From sequence record OK272476.1: a stretch of DNA of 64,000 nucleotides, one strand, 5' to 3'. Of this stretch, positions 60,907 through 64,000 are shown one piece after another. The DNA is from Escherichia phage JLBYU24. Within the stretch, counting starts at the first letter, position 1. The number at the start of each line of letters is the position of its first letter. The position numbers and the translations under genes are program-made. The notes below the pieces were generated by a model that saw nothing but the letters and a program-made list of their open reading frames with translations, did no database searches and had not been told where the DNA came from.

Positions 60907-64000
<3,094 letters not shown>

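Overview
The window is a contiguous segment of a T4-like (Tevenvirinae) myovirus genome, colinear with T4 from gene 46 to gene 17. Identification rests on ORF lengths, motifs read from the translations, and recalled similarity to T4 proteins; no database search was possible. Coordinates 1-43439 carry early/middle genes, almost all on the minus strand: recombination nuclease 46/47, a-gt, late sigma factor 55, the anaerobic RNR cluster nrdH-nrdG-nrdD (uninterrupted nrdD), endonuclease VII, thioredoxin nrdC, an ~11 kb accessory block between nrdC and rI, tk, regB, a GrcA-like glycyl-radical protein, denV, lysozyme e, nudE, a two-part tRNA cluster (9 tRNAs plus structured small-RNA region) split by a GIY-YIG endonuclease gene, several internal-protein-like genes, Acb1/57B, 57A, and genes 1, 3, 2, 4. 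From 43487 the plus strand carries the late baseplate/tail/neck/terminase block 53-5-5.1-5.4-6-7-8-9-10-11-12-wac-13-14-15-16-17 (17 truncated). I also mapped a family of early promoters (GTTTAC-N18-TAnnnT), late TATAAATA promoters and tetraloop hairpin terminators. The most promising uncharacterised content is in the nrdC-rI block: a translationally coupled operon ending in a Pol-beta-type nucleotidyltransferase preceded by a 3-TM protein and two tandem paralogs, a neighbouring AAA-type ATPase, and four consecutive ~300-340 aa proteins with coiled-coil tails. A macro-domain protein in the tk-regB interval is a further anti-defence candidate. No CRISPR array, transposase or integrase was seen.
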